A program made the translations under genes and the position numbers. A DNA stretch of 64,000 nucleotides from Fimbriimonadales bacterium (GTDB taxonomy: Bacteria; Armatimonadota; Fimbriimonadia; Fimbriimonadales; JABRVX01), in assembly GCA_045862955.1 (NCBI GenBank), contig BTVI01000011.1, positions 3,187 through 67,186 on the forward strand, written 5' to 3'. Below, in pieces: positions 26,000 to 36,508 of the stretch. The notes under the pieces were generated by a model that saw only the letters and a program-made list of their open reading frames with translations, did not search any database and was not told the origin of the DNA. Position 1 is the first letter of the stretch. Each line of letters opens with the position of its first letter.

Positions 26000-27898
26000 A
26001 TGAGAGAACTGGCAGGTCTCATCCCTCTACTACCTCTTGCGGGCGCTATCGTGACGGCGTTGTTCTTCGTGACGCGACGCGACAACGGAACGCTGGCAGC
26101 GATTCCGGTGCTGCTGATGACGCTGGCAAGTGCCGTTCTATCATGCTTCACGCTCGGCGGGCTGCTACAATACGGACCGAGCGGGCACACTCAGGCTTGG
26201 CTGGCCGTCGGCGAGTTCCAATTGACCGTGGGCTACATCATAGATGCCCTCAGCGTCACGATGCTACTGGTAGTCACGGTCGTTGCCTTCCTGGTGCAGA
26301 TGTTCTCGATAGGCTACATGCGTGGCGACGATGGGTTCGCACGGTACTTTACCTACATGGGGCTCTTCGCCACGGCGATGCTCGGCCTCGTAATTGCAGA
26401 CAACCTCTGGCTCATCTACGTGTGTTGGGAGTTGGTCGGCATCTGCTCCTATCTGCTGATCGGCTTCTGGTACCGTAATTATGCACCCGCGAACGCAGCG
26501 AAGAAGGCTTTCATCGTGACTCGCTTCGGCGACCTGGGCCTGCTCGGCAGTGTGATCTTGCTGGGCAGTGCAGCCGGCACATTCGAGCTGCAAGGACTCC
26601 AGGAGCGGATCGCGGGTGGCAACATCGGAGTGAGTTGGCTTGCAGGCGGAGGGTTTCTCACTCTGTGCGCCCTGCTTCTGTTCTTCGGAGCCATGGGTAA
26701 GAGCGCGCAGTTCCCACTGCACGTATGGTTGCCGGATGCGATGGAAGGCCCGACGCCGGTTTCCGCGCTCATCCATGCCGCGACGATGGTAGCCGCGGGG
26801 GTGTTCCTGGTCGCTCGGACGTACTTCCTGTTCGCCGCGGCTCCCGGTGCGCTCGATGTGGTGGCATGGGTGGGTGTCATCACCGCAGTGATGGGAGCGA
26901 CGATCGCGGTGGTGCAGTACGACATCAAGAGGGTTATGGCCTACTCCACGATCAGTCAACTCGGATACATGATGCTGGGACTGGCGGTGGGCGGCGTAAC
27001 AGTAGGAATCTTCCACCTCGGAACCCACGCGTTCTTCAAGGCCCTGCTCTTTCTGACGGCGGGCAGTGTAATTCATGCGCTCCACCACCGCCAGGACCTG
27101 CGCGAGATGGGTGGCCTTCATCCCAGAATGCGCGTTACTTCGATTACATGCCTCGTAGGTGCACTCGCGCTCGCTGGCATTCCGCCCCTCTCAGGCTTCT
27201 GGAGCAAGGATGAGATTCTGGCTTCTGCCCTTCACGCTAGCACGTTGTTCTACGTGCTCGGGGCTGTAGTGGCTGCTCTTACCGCGTTCTACATGTTCCG
27301 CATGTGGTGCCTCGCTTTCCTCGGCTCCCCACGCACTCCGGCCGCTGAGCACGCAAAAGAGAGCCCGTGGGTGATGACGGTTCCGCTGTCGGTCCTTGCA
27401 CTTGCCGCAATCGGAGTCGGTGTGGTGAACTTGCCCTTCGGTGCCTGGGCACATACGCTACGGGAGTTCTTGGAACCGGGCGCGACCCCACATCCATTCA
27501 GCTATGCCGCAGCCCTGCCCGCGCTCGTGCTGTCCCTACTCGGGTTGGTAGTCGGGGTCGCCCTCTATCGGCGCGCACCGGAACGAGATCCCGTTACTCG
27601 GTTGCCTGTTCCCGTGTATCAGTTCCTGGCCCGGAAGTGGTACATAGACGACTTCTATGAAAAGGGGGTGGCGCGCGCAGCCGTCGCTTGGGGATCCGTA
27701 GTGGCCTGGTTCGACAAGTACGTAGTCAACGGATTGGTGGACCTGACCGCATGGCTCTGCGGTGTTAGTGGTGGGTTGCTCAGACTTGCAACGAGCGGTC
27801 AGCCGCAGTTCTACATCGCAGTGCTCGTCGTGTTCGCGGTGCTGATGGCTGTGTGGTTTCGTTTCGGCGGAGGCATTCTGTGGGTGAGGGCTTGGTGA
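26000..27898 (+). CDS. nuoL: NADH-quinone oxidoreductase subunit L
   Basis: 632 aa, antiporter-like: WELVGICSYLLIGFW...GKSAQFPLHVWLPDAMEGPTPVSALIHAATMV. Confidence 0.95.
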   Translation: MRELAGLIPLLPLAGAIVTALFFVTRRDNGTLAAIPVLLMTLASAVLSCFTLGGLLQYGPSGHTQAWLAVGEFQLTVGYIIDALSVTMLLVVTVVAFLVQMFSIGYMRGDDGFARYFTYMGLFATAMLGLVIADNLWLIYVCWELVGICSYLLIGFWYRNYAPANAAKKAFIVTRFGDLGLLGSVILLGSAAGTFELQGLQERIAGGNIGVSWLAGGGFLTLCALLLFFGAMGKSAQFPLHVWLPDAMEGPTPVSALIHAATMVAAGVFLVARTYFLFAAAPGALDVVAWVGVITAVMGATIAVVQYDIKRVMAYSTISQLGYMMLGLAVGGVTVGIFHLGTHAFFKALLFLTAGSVIHALHHRQDLREMGGLHPRMRVTSITCLVGALALAGIPPLSGFWSKDEILASALHASTLFYVLGAVVAALTAFYMFRMWCLAFLGSPRTPAAEHAKESPWVMTVPLSVLALAAIGVGVVNLPFGAWAHTLREFLEPGATPHPFSYAAALPALVLSLLGLVVGVALYRRAPERDPVTRLPVPVYQFLARKWYIDDFYEKGVARAAVAWGSVVAWFDKYVVNGLVDLTAWLCGVSGGLLRLATSGQPQFYIAVLVVFAVLMAVWFRFGGGILWVRAW

Positions 27899-29367
27899 TG
27901 GAGTTCGTGAATGCCCACCTCCTCTCGATCACGTTCTGGTCGCCCTTCCTGGCCTGCCTGATCCTCCTGATCGTTCCGCCGGAACGCAAGACCTTGGCGC
28001 GTATGATCGCTCTCGTCGCGGCGCTCATCACGCTGTGCACGGCAACCGCTCTTTGCCTCGGCTATGACGCAGGGCGAGGAGGCTTTCAGTTCATTGAGAA
28101 CTATGAGTGGCTACCAGGACTACCCGTGCGTTACCTCTTAGGCGTGGACGGGATCAGTCTCTCCATGGTGCTACTCACCGCAATCATCATCACTGCCGGC
28201 GTCTTCGCCTCCTGGACCCTGGAGAATCGCTGCAAGGAGTTTCTCACGCTCCTCTTGTTCCTGGTCACGGGTGTGTTCGGCGTCTTCGTATCTTTGGACC
28301 TGTTCTTCCTGTTTCTGTTCTACGAGATTGCAGTGTTGCCGATGTACCTGCTGATCGGTGTGTGGGGCACGGGGCCGAAGGAGTACTCGGCCATGAAGCT
28401 GACCCTATACCTCATGCTCGGCAGCGCGCTGATCCTAACAGGCATCCTGGTGTTGCAGTACCTGCACCCATCGCACACGTTGGACCTGTCGGAGCTGTCG
28501 CGCGGGACGACACTCGCGATCGAGACTCAGCGGCTGCTCTTCCTCGCCTTCTATCTCGGCTTCGGGGTACTCGCGGGTATCTGGCCCTTCCACACCTGGT
28601 CGCCCGACGGCCACGCCTCGGCTCCGACTGCGGTCTCGATGCTGCACGCAGGCGTGCTGATGAAGTTAGGTGCCTATGGCGTCCTACGTATGTGCGTGGG
28701 TGTGTTGCCCGATGCGGCGCGCGAGATGATGCCACTCGTCGCCGTGATTGCTGCCATCAACATCGTGTACGGCGCATTCTCGGCAATGGGACAGAAGGAT
28801 CTGAAGTACGTGATCGCCTACTCCAGTGTTAGCCACATGGGCGTTGTGATGTTGGGCATCGCAGCAATGAACCCAGTGAGCATCAATGGCGCCGTGATGC
28901 AGATGTTCTCGCACGGCATCATGACAGGCCTGTTCTTTGCACTCGTCGGTCTGGTCTACGAGAAGACTCACATCCGCGACATCACGCAGATGGGCGGATT
29001 GGCCCGTCAGATGCCAGGCGTCGCGATCGCCTTCGTAATAGGGGGCCTGGCGTCCTTCGGTCTGCCGCTAACTAGTGGGTTCATCGCCGAGTACCTCGTG
29101 TTCTTCGGCTCCTTCCAAACCTTCCCGTACGTCACTGCCGTCGCGCTGACCGGCATCGTGATCACGGCGGCCTACGTGTTACGTGTCGTGCAGAAGGTGT
29201 TCCTCGGTCCCATGCCGGACCGATGGCGAGGCACCCCCGACGCCATGCGCACCGAATGGGTGGCACTGGCATCGCTCGCCGCACTTCTGATCATCGTAGG
29301 GGTGGTGCCCGGACCACTGACGGAGCTAATCAACACCGGCATTCGAAATCTCGGAGTGCAGCTGTGA
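27898..29367 (+). CDS. nuoM: NADH-quinone oxidoreductase subunit M
   Basis: FHTWSPDGHASAPTAVSMLHAGVLMKLGAYG. ATG 27898 overlaps the nuoL stop (TGATG). Confidence 0.9.
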   Translation: MEFVNAHLLSITFWSPFLACLILLIVPPERKTLARMIALVAALITLCTATALCLGYDAGRGGFQFIENYEWLPGLPVRYLLGVDGISLSMVLLTAIIITAGVFASWTLENRCKEFLTLLLFLVTGVFGVFVSLDLFFLFLFYEIAVLPMYLLIGVWGTGPKEYSAMKLTLYLMLGSALILTGILVLQYLHPSHTLDLSELSRGTTLAIETQRLLFLAFYLGFGVLAGIWPFHTWSPDGHASAPTAVSMLHAGVLMKLGAYGVLRMCVGVLPDAAREMMPLVAVIAAINIVYGAFSAMGQKDLKYVIAYSSVSHMGVVMLGIAAMNPVSINGAVMQMFSHGIMTGLFFALVGLVYEKTHIRDITQMGGLARQMPGVAIAFVIGGLASFGLPLTSGFIAEYLVFFGSFQTFPYVTAVALTGIVITAAYVLRVVQKVFLGPMPDRWRGTPDAMRTEWVALASLAALLIIVGVVPGPLTELINTGIRNLGVQL

Positions 29368-30791
29368 CACCGATTCAGGATTGGACCCCCATCAGTCCCC
29401 ACCTTGTGGTTACGGGGTTTGCGATACTCGTGCTTCTCGCTAGAGCGCGGCGCGGGCGTGACAGCGGTCCCGACGCCCTGAGCGCATGGCTTGCTACCAT
29501 CGGCTGCCTGGCGGGTATCGCATGTCTGGCTGCCATTCCTAGCACTTCGGGATCGGGTCTCGTCTGGTCGGACGACTACGCCCGTTTCTTCAGTGCCGTC
29601 GTCCTCGCTGCTGCCTGCGCCGTGTGTCTCGCTTCAGTGGAGCGCGGCTTTTCGGGTGAGTTTCACAGCTTACTGCTGCTGTCGGCAGTAGGCATGATGT
29701 TCATGGTGTCGGCATCGAGCTTGCTGATGCTGTTCTTGGGCCTGGAGGTCGCGACCATATGCTTGTTCGTGCTGGCAGGTTTCCGCCGCGCAGATCGCAA
29801 GTCGTGCGAGGCAGCCGTTAAGTTTCTAACCGTAGGGGCGACCGCATCTGCGCTCTTCATCTTCGGCGCAAGTTGGTTGTACGGTGCGGCCGGCTCGACG
29901 GACTTCTCGGCCCTGCGAGCCCTTTTCTCCGGTGAGCTGCCCGCCTACGCGTGGTTGGGCTTCGTATTCGTCATAGCGGGGTTCGGATTCAAGATTTCGG
30001 CGGCACCGTTCCACCTTTGGGCTCCCGACGTCTATGAGGGCTCGCCATCGATGGTAGTCGCATTCCTGTCCACGGCTTCGAAGACTGCGGCACTGGTTGC
30101 ACTGGTGCGAGTGTTATTGGTAGCCTTCGGTGTCGCGGCCTCCGGGTGGCTGCCGATCATCTCGGTGCTCGCGGTGCTCACTATCGTCCTCGGCAACCTC
30201 GTCGCGGTGGTTCAGACCAACGTGAAGCGGTTGCTAGCTTACTCGGGTGTCGCGCAAGCAGGCTTCTTGCTGATAGCGGTGGCTGCGACGGCTGCCCCAG
30301 AGGCGCGTTCGACAGCGGGCATGGCGTTGGCACTCTACCTACTGCTGTATGTGTTCGCCAATGCCGGTGCGTTCCTCTGCGTTCATGCGGTGTCGGAGAT
30401 GAGCGGAGCGCACCAGTTGAGCAGCTATGACGGTTTGAGCAGGCGGAACGCCCCGCTAGCCTTCGCGCTTCTCATCTTTCTGCTGTCTCTTGCCGGCGTC
30501 CCGCCGCTTGCAGGATTCGTAGGGAAGTGGTACCTATTCACGGCAGGAGTCCAAGGCGGTCTCTGGTGGTTAGTACTGCTGGGTGCGGTCGCCAGCACGG
30601 TGTCTCTCTACTACTACCTTATCATTGCCAAGAGGATGTACATTCACGATCCTGCGGAGGGAGCGAGTCCTCTCGACGTGCCACGCCCCTTAGCTCTTTC
30701 CATCGCGGTGTGTGTGGCCTTCACTGCTATCATCGGTCTGTACCCCGCACCGTGGATCGAGTTGGCCCAGGCGATCGGAAGGTCTCTTTAG
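29364..30791 (+). CDS. nuoN: NADH-quinone oxidoreductase subunit N
   Basis: GFKISAAPFHLWAPDVYEGSPSMVVAFLS. GTG 29364 overlaps the nuoM stop (GTGA). Confidence 0.9.
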   Translation: MTPIQDWTPISPHLVVTGFAILVLLARARRGRDSGPDALSAWLATIGCLAGIACLAAIPSTSGSGLVWSDDYARFFSAVVLAAACAVCLASVERGFSGEFHSLLLLSAVGMMFMVSASSLLMLFLGLEVATICLFVLAGFRRADRKSCEAAVKFLTVGATASALFIFGASWLYGAAGSTDFSALRALFSGELPAYAWLGFVFVIAGFGFKISAAPFHLWAPDVYEGSPSMVVAFLSTASKTAALVALVRVLLVAFGVAASGWLPIISVLAVLTIVLGNLVAVVQTNVKRLLAYSGVAQAGFLLIAVAATAAPEARSTAGMALALYLLLYVFANAGAFLCVHAVSEMSGAHQLSSYDGLSRRNAPLAFALLIFLLSLAGVPPLAGFVGKWYLFTAGVQGGLWWLVLLGAVASTVSLYYYLIIAKRMYIHDPAEGASPLDVPRPLALSIAVCVAFTAIIGLYPAPWIELAQAIGRSL

Positions 30792-32104
30792 CGTTGCGGA
30801 TCATCACCCTCATCGGGCAGGCGAGTCACCAGTAGCTTGTCTACGCGCGCGCCATCCATGTCCACCACCTCGATTCGTAGGCCAGCCACCTCGAAGCTAT
30901 CGCCGGAGCTAGGCGCGCCCGCCAGCTCCCTCCTCGCCAGGCCACCCAACGTCTGAAGGTCTCTCTCCCCCAGCGTCTCTCTTGCCACTCCCACTCGCTC
31001 GGCAAACTCCTCTAAGGGCATTAGGCCGTCCACCAGCCACGATCCGTCCTTGCGTTGCTGGAACCACTCCGACGGGTCGGTTACCGACGGCAGCTCGCCA
31101 ACCATCGCCTGCAGGACATCGTTCAGCGTGATTAGCCCCTCGACGCTTCCGAACTCGTCCAGCACCAACGCGATACCGGCCCTGCTCCCCCGAAAGTTCT
31201 CGAGCAGTCGTAGTACTGTGATGTTCTCCGGAACATACAGTGCGTCATGCGCCATCGCACGCAGGTCGGGCTGCTCGCCACGTACCCTGGCACCGTACAG
31301 ATCCCGGACACCCACGATCCCCAGCGTCTTGTCCAAGCTGCCCTCGCAGACCGGGAAGAAGGAGTGCGGGGTGTCAGCGATCTTCTTGTCGTTAGCCTCC
31401 CACTCGGCCAGAACGTCCAGCCAAACGATGTCCGGTCGCCGGGTCATCAGTCTCGCCGCCTTCGTCTCGTCGAGACGAGCCGTTCGCTGAAGTATCTCGC
31501 TCTCGATGGGCCGAAGCGCACCCGACTCCGCACCTTCTCGCAGTACTAGATGCACATCCTCCTCGGTGACCAGGTGTGTGTCGGTAGGCCTCAGTCTCAG
31601 CACGGCAAGTACGCTACGGCTGCTCGCCGACAGCAACCAGACCAGAGGGGCAGAAAGCCAGGACAGGAAACGCATCGGTCGGGCCACCACCCTGGCAACG
31701 GCCTCCGGCGCACGGAGAGCGATCTGCTTGGGCACAAGCTCGCCAAAGATTAGCGAGAGGTACGTGATGATCACCACTACCACGCCGATGGCGACGGCAT
31801 CCGCTCTCCCACGCAACCACTCGATACCTCGGATGTAGTCTGCCAGTTTGCCGGCGACGGTGGCCCCGGCGAACGCACCCGCAAGCACCCCCACCAACGT
31901 GATCCCGATCTGAACGGTGGACAGGAAGCGCTCCGGCTGCTCGGCTAACCGCAGCGCAGACTGAGCACTCCGGTCACCGCTTTCTGCCCGCGCGCGAAGC
32001 CTGCTCTTGCGCGCAGCCACGAGCGCCAACTCCGACATGGCGAAGATGCCGTTAAGGAGGATCAGCAGACCAATAATGCTTAGCTCGGCGGCGATGGACG
32101 ACAC
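30788..32104 (-). CDS. CNNM/CorC-HlyC family protein (DUF21 TM domain + CBS pair + CorC_HlyC)
   Basis: N-terminal TM domain ...AMSELALVAARKSRL..., GELVPKQIAL, then CBS-like and C-terminal transporter-associated regions. Stop overlaps the nuoN stop convergently. Confidence 0.8.
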   Translation of the reverse strand: MSSIAAELSIIGLLILLNGIFAMSELALVAARKSRLRARAESGDRSAQSALRLAEQPERFLSTVQIGITLVGVLAGAFAGATVAGKLADYIRGIEWLRGRADAVAIGVVVVIITYLSLIFGELVPKQIALRAPEAVARVVARPMRFLSWLSAPLVWLLSASSRSVLAVLRLRPTDTHLVTEEDVHLVLREGAESGALRPIESEILQRTARLDETKAARLMTRRPDIVWLDVLAEWEANDKKIADTPHSFFPVCEGSLDKTLGIVGVRDLYGARVRGEQPDLRAMAHDALYVPENITVLRLLENFRGSRAGIALVLDEFGSVEGLITLNDVLQAMVGELPSVTDPSEWFQQRKDGSWLVDGLMPLEEFAERVGVARETLGERDLQTLGGLARRELAGAPSSGDSFEVAGLRIEVVDMDGARVDKLLVTRLPDEGDDPQR

Positions 32105-32161
32105 TTGCAGAAGGTATTCTGCACCAACCGGCGCTTACTTCGCCCATTGCGGAGTAGGGTG

Positions 32162-33019
32162 CTACACATATCGGTCGAAAAGGTCGTCTAGCGTGTCACC
32201 GCGAGCGAGGCCACGCTCCGCCCGCTCCGCAAGCGCCTCTTCGAATGTCGGCTTCCTCACTTGTAGCAGGAGGCCCAAGTAGATTGGGTTGGTGGAAGCG
32301 GCCCTCTCGAATGCCTGCACTCTATCCGAAACATCGTGGTCCTCCGGAAGGGGCACGACCTTCTCCTTGTACGCATCGAAGGTGTCCTGCTTGTTGAACG
32401 TCACGCACGGGCTGATCACGTCAATCCAAGCGAAGCCCTTGTGCTCGATAGCGGCAGCGATCAGCTCGGCCAGGTCGTTAGGCTTGCCGGAGAACCCGCG
32501 CGCGATGAAGGTTGCCCCGTAGGTAATGGCCATCTCCAACGGATTGATCGGGTTCTCGATGCTACCTTCCGGAGACGACTTGGTGATGAAGTGCAGGGAG
32601 CTGGTTGGCGATACTTGGCCCTTGGTCAGGCCATAAATGCTGTTGTTCATCACGATGTAGGTGATGTCTGGGTTGCGGCGACATGCGTGAGGTAGGTGCC
32701 CCGCACCGATGGAGTACGCGTCGCCATCTCCACCGACTGCCACCACGCACAGATCCGGCCTTGCCGCTTTGATGCCGGTTGCAGTGGGCAGCGTTCGCCC
32801 GTGAACGCCGTGAAGCCCATAGGATGCGATGAACAGTGGCAGCCTGCTGGAGCAGCCGATGCCCGACACCATCACCAGCTTCGCAGGGTCGAGGTTCAGC
32901 TTCACATATGCCTTGACCACCGAGTTGACAACCCCATGATCCCCACAGCCTGGGCACCAGATCGGTTTCAGCTCGGCCCGATAGTCGCTCGTCGTTCTTG
33001 TCGCGACGGTGTCAGACAT
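32162..33019 (-). CDS. korB: 2-oxoglutarate:ferredoxin oxidoreductase beta subunit
   Basis: WCPGCGDHGV...VAVGGDGDAYSIGAGH TPP-binding motif, 285 aa. Confidence 0.85.
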   Translation of the reverse strand: MSDTVATRTTSDYRAELKPIWCPGCGDHGVVNSVVKAYVKLNLDPAKLVMVSGIGCSSRLPLFIASYGLHGVHGRTLPTATGIKAARPDLCVVAVGGDGDAYSIGAGHLPHACRRNPDITYIVMNNSIYGLTKGQVSPTSSLHFITKSSPEGSIENPINPLEMAITYGATFIARGFSGKPNDLAELIAAAIEHKGFAWIDVISPCVTFNKQDTFDAYKEKVVPLPEDHDVSDRVQAFERAASTNPIYLGLLLQVRKPTFEEALAERAERGLARGDTLDDLFDRYV

Positions 33020-34796
33020 GTGCTTCCTCCTTCGCGTAGGCTGTCCGAATGTATTCCAGTGCGGTCGCCGGCTCGATGGGCATGCCGGTGTCTCGAGTGA
33101 ACGACCTCACGGGCAGGCAGCACTGCGCCCGCACCATGTTGGCAAGCTGGCCGCTCCAATTCATCTCGATGGCTATCAAGCGGTCCACCCTTTCCGCGAA
33201 TCGCTCGATCTGAGCGACCGGAAGCGGATGTACCATCTTCGGGGCAAGCAGGGCGACTTTCATCCCTAGGTCGCGAGCGGCTTCGAGCGCCTCGCGGACG
33301 GGGGCAACGCAAGAACCCCATGCTATCACACCTAAGTCGGCGTGGCCCTCTTCGCCGAACCTGTACACGAACTCGTCGGCGTGGTGTTCCAGGAGGTGGC
33401 TGAGCTTGCGGAATCGCTTGGCAGACATCAGTGCGGTCGCTTCCGGAGAATAGGCGGGGTCGCCGTGCTCGTTATGCTCCAGGCCGGTGGCGGTGTACTG
33501 CAGCCCTGGGGTGCCCGGTCGCGGCATGGGTGAAATGCCGTCTGGCGTGTTCTCGTATCGCTTTAGCACGTAACCGCTCTCCGACGGGCTGCCATTCGGC
33601 CCGAGCCATCCGTCTGGCACCACTTTTCGCTCCCATCGGGGGACCCGGTCGGGGTCGAAACGGGGTACCGAGACTTTCGACGCGGACAGCGCTTGCTCGG
33701 ACAGAATGATCACCGGGACCTGGTAACGCTCCGAGATATTGAACGCCTCGATGGTCGTATAGAAACAGTCCTCGACGCTGATGGGGGCGAGCACGACGCG
33801 GGGCGACTCGTTGTGAACCCCGTAGGCCGCAAGGTTCAGGTCACCCTGCGACGTCTTGGTAGGCATGCCGGTACTAGGCCCGCCACGCTGCACATCCACG
33901 ATGACTACGGGTATCTCTGCCATACCCGCTAGGTTGATTTGCTCTACCATCAGCGACAGTCCGGGGCCCGAAGTGGCGGTCATCGCCTTGTGCCCTGCGT
34001 ACGAGGCGCCAATGCACATGCCCAATGCGGCGATCTCGTCTTCCGCCTGGATCATGTGGCCGCCGAAGCGGGGAAGCTCCACGGCGAGCGTCTCCATGAT
34101 CTCGGACGCGGGAGTGATGGGGTAACCCGCGTACAGATGCAAACCCGAAGCGATGCCTGCGAGCGCCACAGCTTCGTTGCCAGTCACCAGCATCGCGTCC
34201 ACCGGATCGCCGACGGGCAGCGGCTCGATCTCGCTGGACGATAGCTCCTTGATCTTGTCGCGTCCCGCCCGAAAAGCGCGGAGGTTCAGGTCGACTACCT
34301 CTGCACCCTTGCGCTCGAATTGAGAGCTGACGAAAGCTTCGGCAAGGTCCGTCGGCCCCCCTAACGCGGTCCAGATGGATCCGAAGCACACCACGTTCTT
34401 GGCCAGCCTGAAGCCTATCTCCTTGGTAGCGATGTGCGTGAACGGCACGGGCATCAGACGAACATCGGACGTGTCGTCGATGTGCACGGAGTCCACGTCG
34501 TACACCAGAGTGGAACCTGGCACCATGCCGGACTTGTAGCGGTCGTACCCTTCTTGGTTGAGGGCGACCATGATGTCCGCTTGGTCGCCAGGAGTCAGAG
34601 GGGGATCGCGCCGGATGCGCAGCTTGAACAGCACCGTGCCGCCGCGGATCTCCGCGGGGAAGGTACGATAGCTGAACACCTGATAGCCGATGCGGGTGCA
34701 GGCCCGCGTGATCATCTCCCCGAGGCTAACGATGCCCTCGCCCGACTCACCCGCGATCCACACGGACAGCTCGACCTGCCGTTCCGACTTCGCCAT
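33012..34796 (-). CDS. korA: 2-oxoglutarate:ferredoxin oxidoreductase alpha subunit (gamma-alpha fused type)
   Basis: 594 aa. N-terminal gamma-like IAGESGEGIVSLGEM...FPAEIRGG, then alpha domain ...LYAGYPITPASEIME. Confidence 0.85.
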   Translation of the reverse strand: MAKSERQVELSVWIAGESGEGIVSLGEMITRACTRIGYQVFSYRTFPAEIRGGTVLFKLRIRRDPPLTPGDQADIMVALNQEGYDRYKSGMVPGSTLVYDVDSVHIDDTSDVRLMPVPFTHIATKEIGFRLAKNVVCFGSIWTALGGPTDLAEAFVSSQFERKGAEVVDLNLRAFRAGRDKIKELSSSEIEPLPVGDPVDAMLVTGNEAVALAGIASGLHLYAGYPITPASEIMETLAVELPRFGGHMIQAEDEIAALGMCIGASYAGHKAMTATSGPGLSLMVEQINLAGMAEIPVVIVDVQRGGPSTGMPTKTSQGDLNLAAYGVHNESPRVVLAPISVEDCFYTTIEAFNISERYQVPVIILSEQALSASKVSVPRFDPDRVPRWERKVVPDGWLGPNGSPSESGYVLKRYENTPDGISPMPRPGTPGLQYTATGLEHNEHGDPAYSPEATALMSAKRFRKLSHLLEHHADEFVYRFGEEGHADLGVIAWGSCVAPVREALEAARDLGMKVALLAPKMVHPLPVAQIERFAERVDRLIAIEMNWSGQLANMVRAQCCLPVRSFTRDTGMPIEPATALEYIRTAYAKEEAHV

Positions 34797-35046
34797 GACT
34801 GCTAACCCTCAAATGAACTCATCATGCAGCGTGGAATCCCTGATCCCAATCGTTACCATTATGCTACGGCGAGCAGTCCTTCGCTACTCGAAATACCGAT
34901 TCCTGCGCGATAGGAGCAGGTTGCTGCGAGATCCGGGGCCCGGATGCATGATACCCTATGGGGATTGAGCGATATTTCACAAAGGCCCCAATGCCCGGCG
35001 ACGCCCTTGCGTGATAATGCACAATGCTGGAGGAGCGTGTTGTCCG

Positions 35047-36444
35047 ATGCCTGCTTGTTCACCATCCTTCAGCCTCACCGTTCGATTGCGTATTCCGAAT
35101 GCACCCGGGATGTTTGCCCGTGTCGCCGACGCCATCGGTGGTGCGGGGGCGGCACTGGGCTCCATCGACCTACTATCCGCCAATCACACCCACAAGGTGC
35201 GGGAGGTAGACGTCCTGGCAAGGAGCGAGGAACACCAGCAGGAGGTCCTGGACGCCATCGCACGAGTCGAGGGTGTGGAAGTGCTCGAGGTGCACGACCG
35301 AACCACCCGAGTGCACGTCGGCGGCAAGCTGGAAGAGCATCCCCGGTATGCCTGCAAGACCTACGACGACCTTTCCATGCTCTACACGCCCGGCGTCGCT
35401 CGAGTGTGCAAGATGATTAAGGACAGCCCAGCACTGGCGCGGCGATATACCATTCGCGGCAACACCGTGGCCGTCGTAACTGACGGAAGCGCGGTGCTGG
35501 GCCTGGGTAATATCGGCCCGATCGCGGCTCTGCCCGTCATGGAAGGCAAGGCCGTCCTGTTCAAGCAGTTCGCGAACGTGGACGCATTCCCGATCTGTTT
35601 GGATACGCAGGACGTCAACGAGATCGTCGAGACGGTCGAGCGCATCGCCCCGGTCTTCGGAGGCATCAACCTGGAGGACATCTCCGGGCCACGCTGCTTC
35701 GACGTGGAGGAGCGCCTGGCCGAGCGATTGGACATCCCGGTGTTTCACGATGACCAGCACGGAACCGCGATCGTCGTCGTTGCAGCCCTCATCAACTCGC
35801 TGAAGTTGCTTCGTAGGAGGGCAGAGGACCTTCGCGTGGTGGTCGCAGGTGCTGGTGCTGCCGGGACGGCCGTGAGCGCGCTGCTCCTCGAAGCGGGCGT
35901 TCGCGACCTAACCGTCGTGGATGTGACCGGTATCCTACACCCGGACGACATGCAGGGCGCGCACCCGAAGCGCAGGTGGCTTGCGCAGGTTACGAACCCG
36001 CGAAGAATTCGCGGAAGCCTGGAGGATGCGGTTCGGGGTGCCGACATGTTTGTCGGTGTCGCAGCCCCGAACATTCTGTCGCTCGATGCCCTGCGGAGCA
36101 TGGCCCCCGACCCGATCGTCTTCGCGATGGCCAACCCAGACCCCGAGATCCTGCCAGAGCTTGCTCAACAGTACGCCGCGATTGTCGCGACGGGCCGGTC
36201 GGATTATCCGAATCAGATCAACAATGTCTTGTGCTTTCCGGGTCTTTTCCGGGGCCTGCTCGATTGCGGGGCGAGGCGCGTGACGATGGGAATGAAGCTA
36301 GCTGCCGCACGTGCGATCGCCTCTACGGTCTCTGACGAGCAGCTCTCGGAGGATTTCATCGTGCCCAGCGTCTTCAACCCAGCAGTGGCCGAGGCCGTGG
36401 CCCGGGCGGTGGCGGCAAACTGTGACTCCTGCAGGGGTTCGTAA
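35047..36444 (+). CDS. ACT-domain NAD(P)-malic enzyme, paralog 1
   Basis: N-terminal ACT-like SFSLTVRLRIPNAPGMFARVADAIGG, then LSMLYTPGVARVC...[21 protein letters not shown]...[17 protein letters not shown] 35047 after GGAGGAG. Confidence 0.9.
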   Translation: MPACSPSFSLTVRLRIPNAPGMFARVADAIGGAGAALGSIDLLSANHTHKVREVDVLARSEEHQQEVLDAIARVEGVEVLEVHDRTTRVHVGGKLEEHPRYACKTYDDLSMLYTPGVARVCKMIKDSPALARRYTIRGNTVAVVTDGSAVLGLGNIGPIAALPVMEGKAVLFKQFANVDAFPICLDTQDVNEIVETVERIAPVFGGINLEDISGPRCFDVEERLAERLDIPVFHDDQHGTAIVVVAALINSLKLLRRRAEDLRVVVAGAGAAGTAVSALLLEAGVRDLTVVDVTGILHPDDMQGAHPKRRWLAQVTNPRRIRGSLEDAVRGADMFVGVAAPNILSLDALRSMAPDPIVFAMANPDPEILPELAQQYAAIVATGRSDYPNQINNVLCFPGLFRGLLDCGARRVTMGMKLAAARAIASTVSDEQLSEDFIVPSVFNPAVAEAVARAVAANCDSCRGS

Positions 36445-36473
36445 GCCACGCAGCCGCAACAGTTCGCAGGAAC

Positions 36474-36502
36474 TTGACACGCGGGCATTTCGCCTATATC
36501 AT
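36474..36502 (+). promoter_or_regulatory. Sigma70-like promoter; predicts a leaderless or near-leaderless GH36 mRNA
   Basis: TTGACA (36474-36479), 17-nt spacer, TATCAT (36497-36502). The ATG at 36509 lies 7 nt after the -10 box and has no RBS. Confidence 0.45.
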
Positions 36503-36508
36503 GTTGGA

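Noticed and set aside
34931-34945. 15-nt perfect palindrome ATCCGGGGCCCGGAT in the korA / malic-enzyme divergent region (possible operator)
   Set aside because: A single occurrence with no second half-site or adjacent recognisable regulator. It could be chance in GC-rich DNA.
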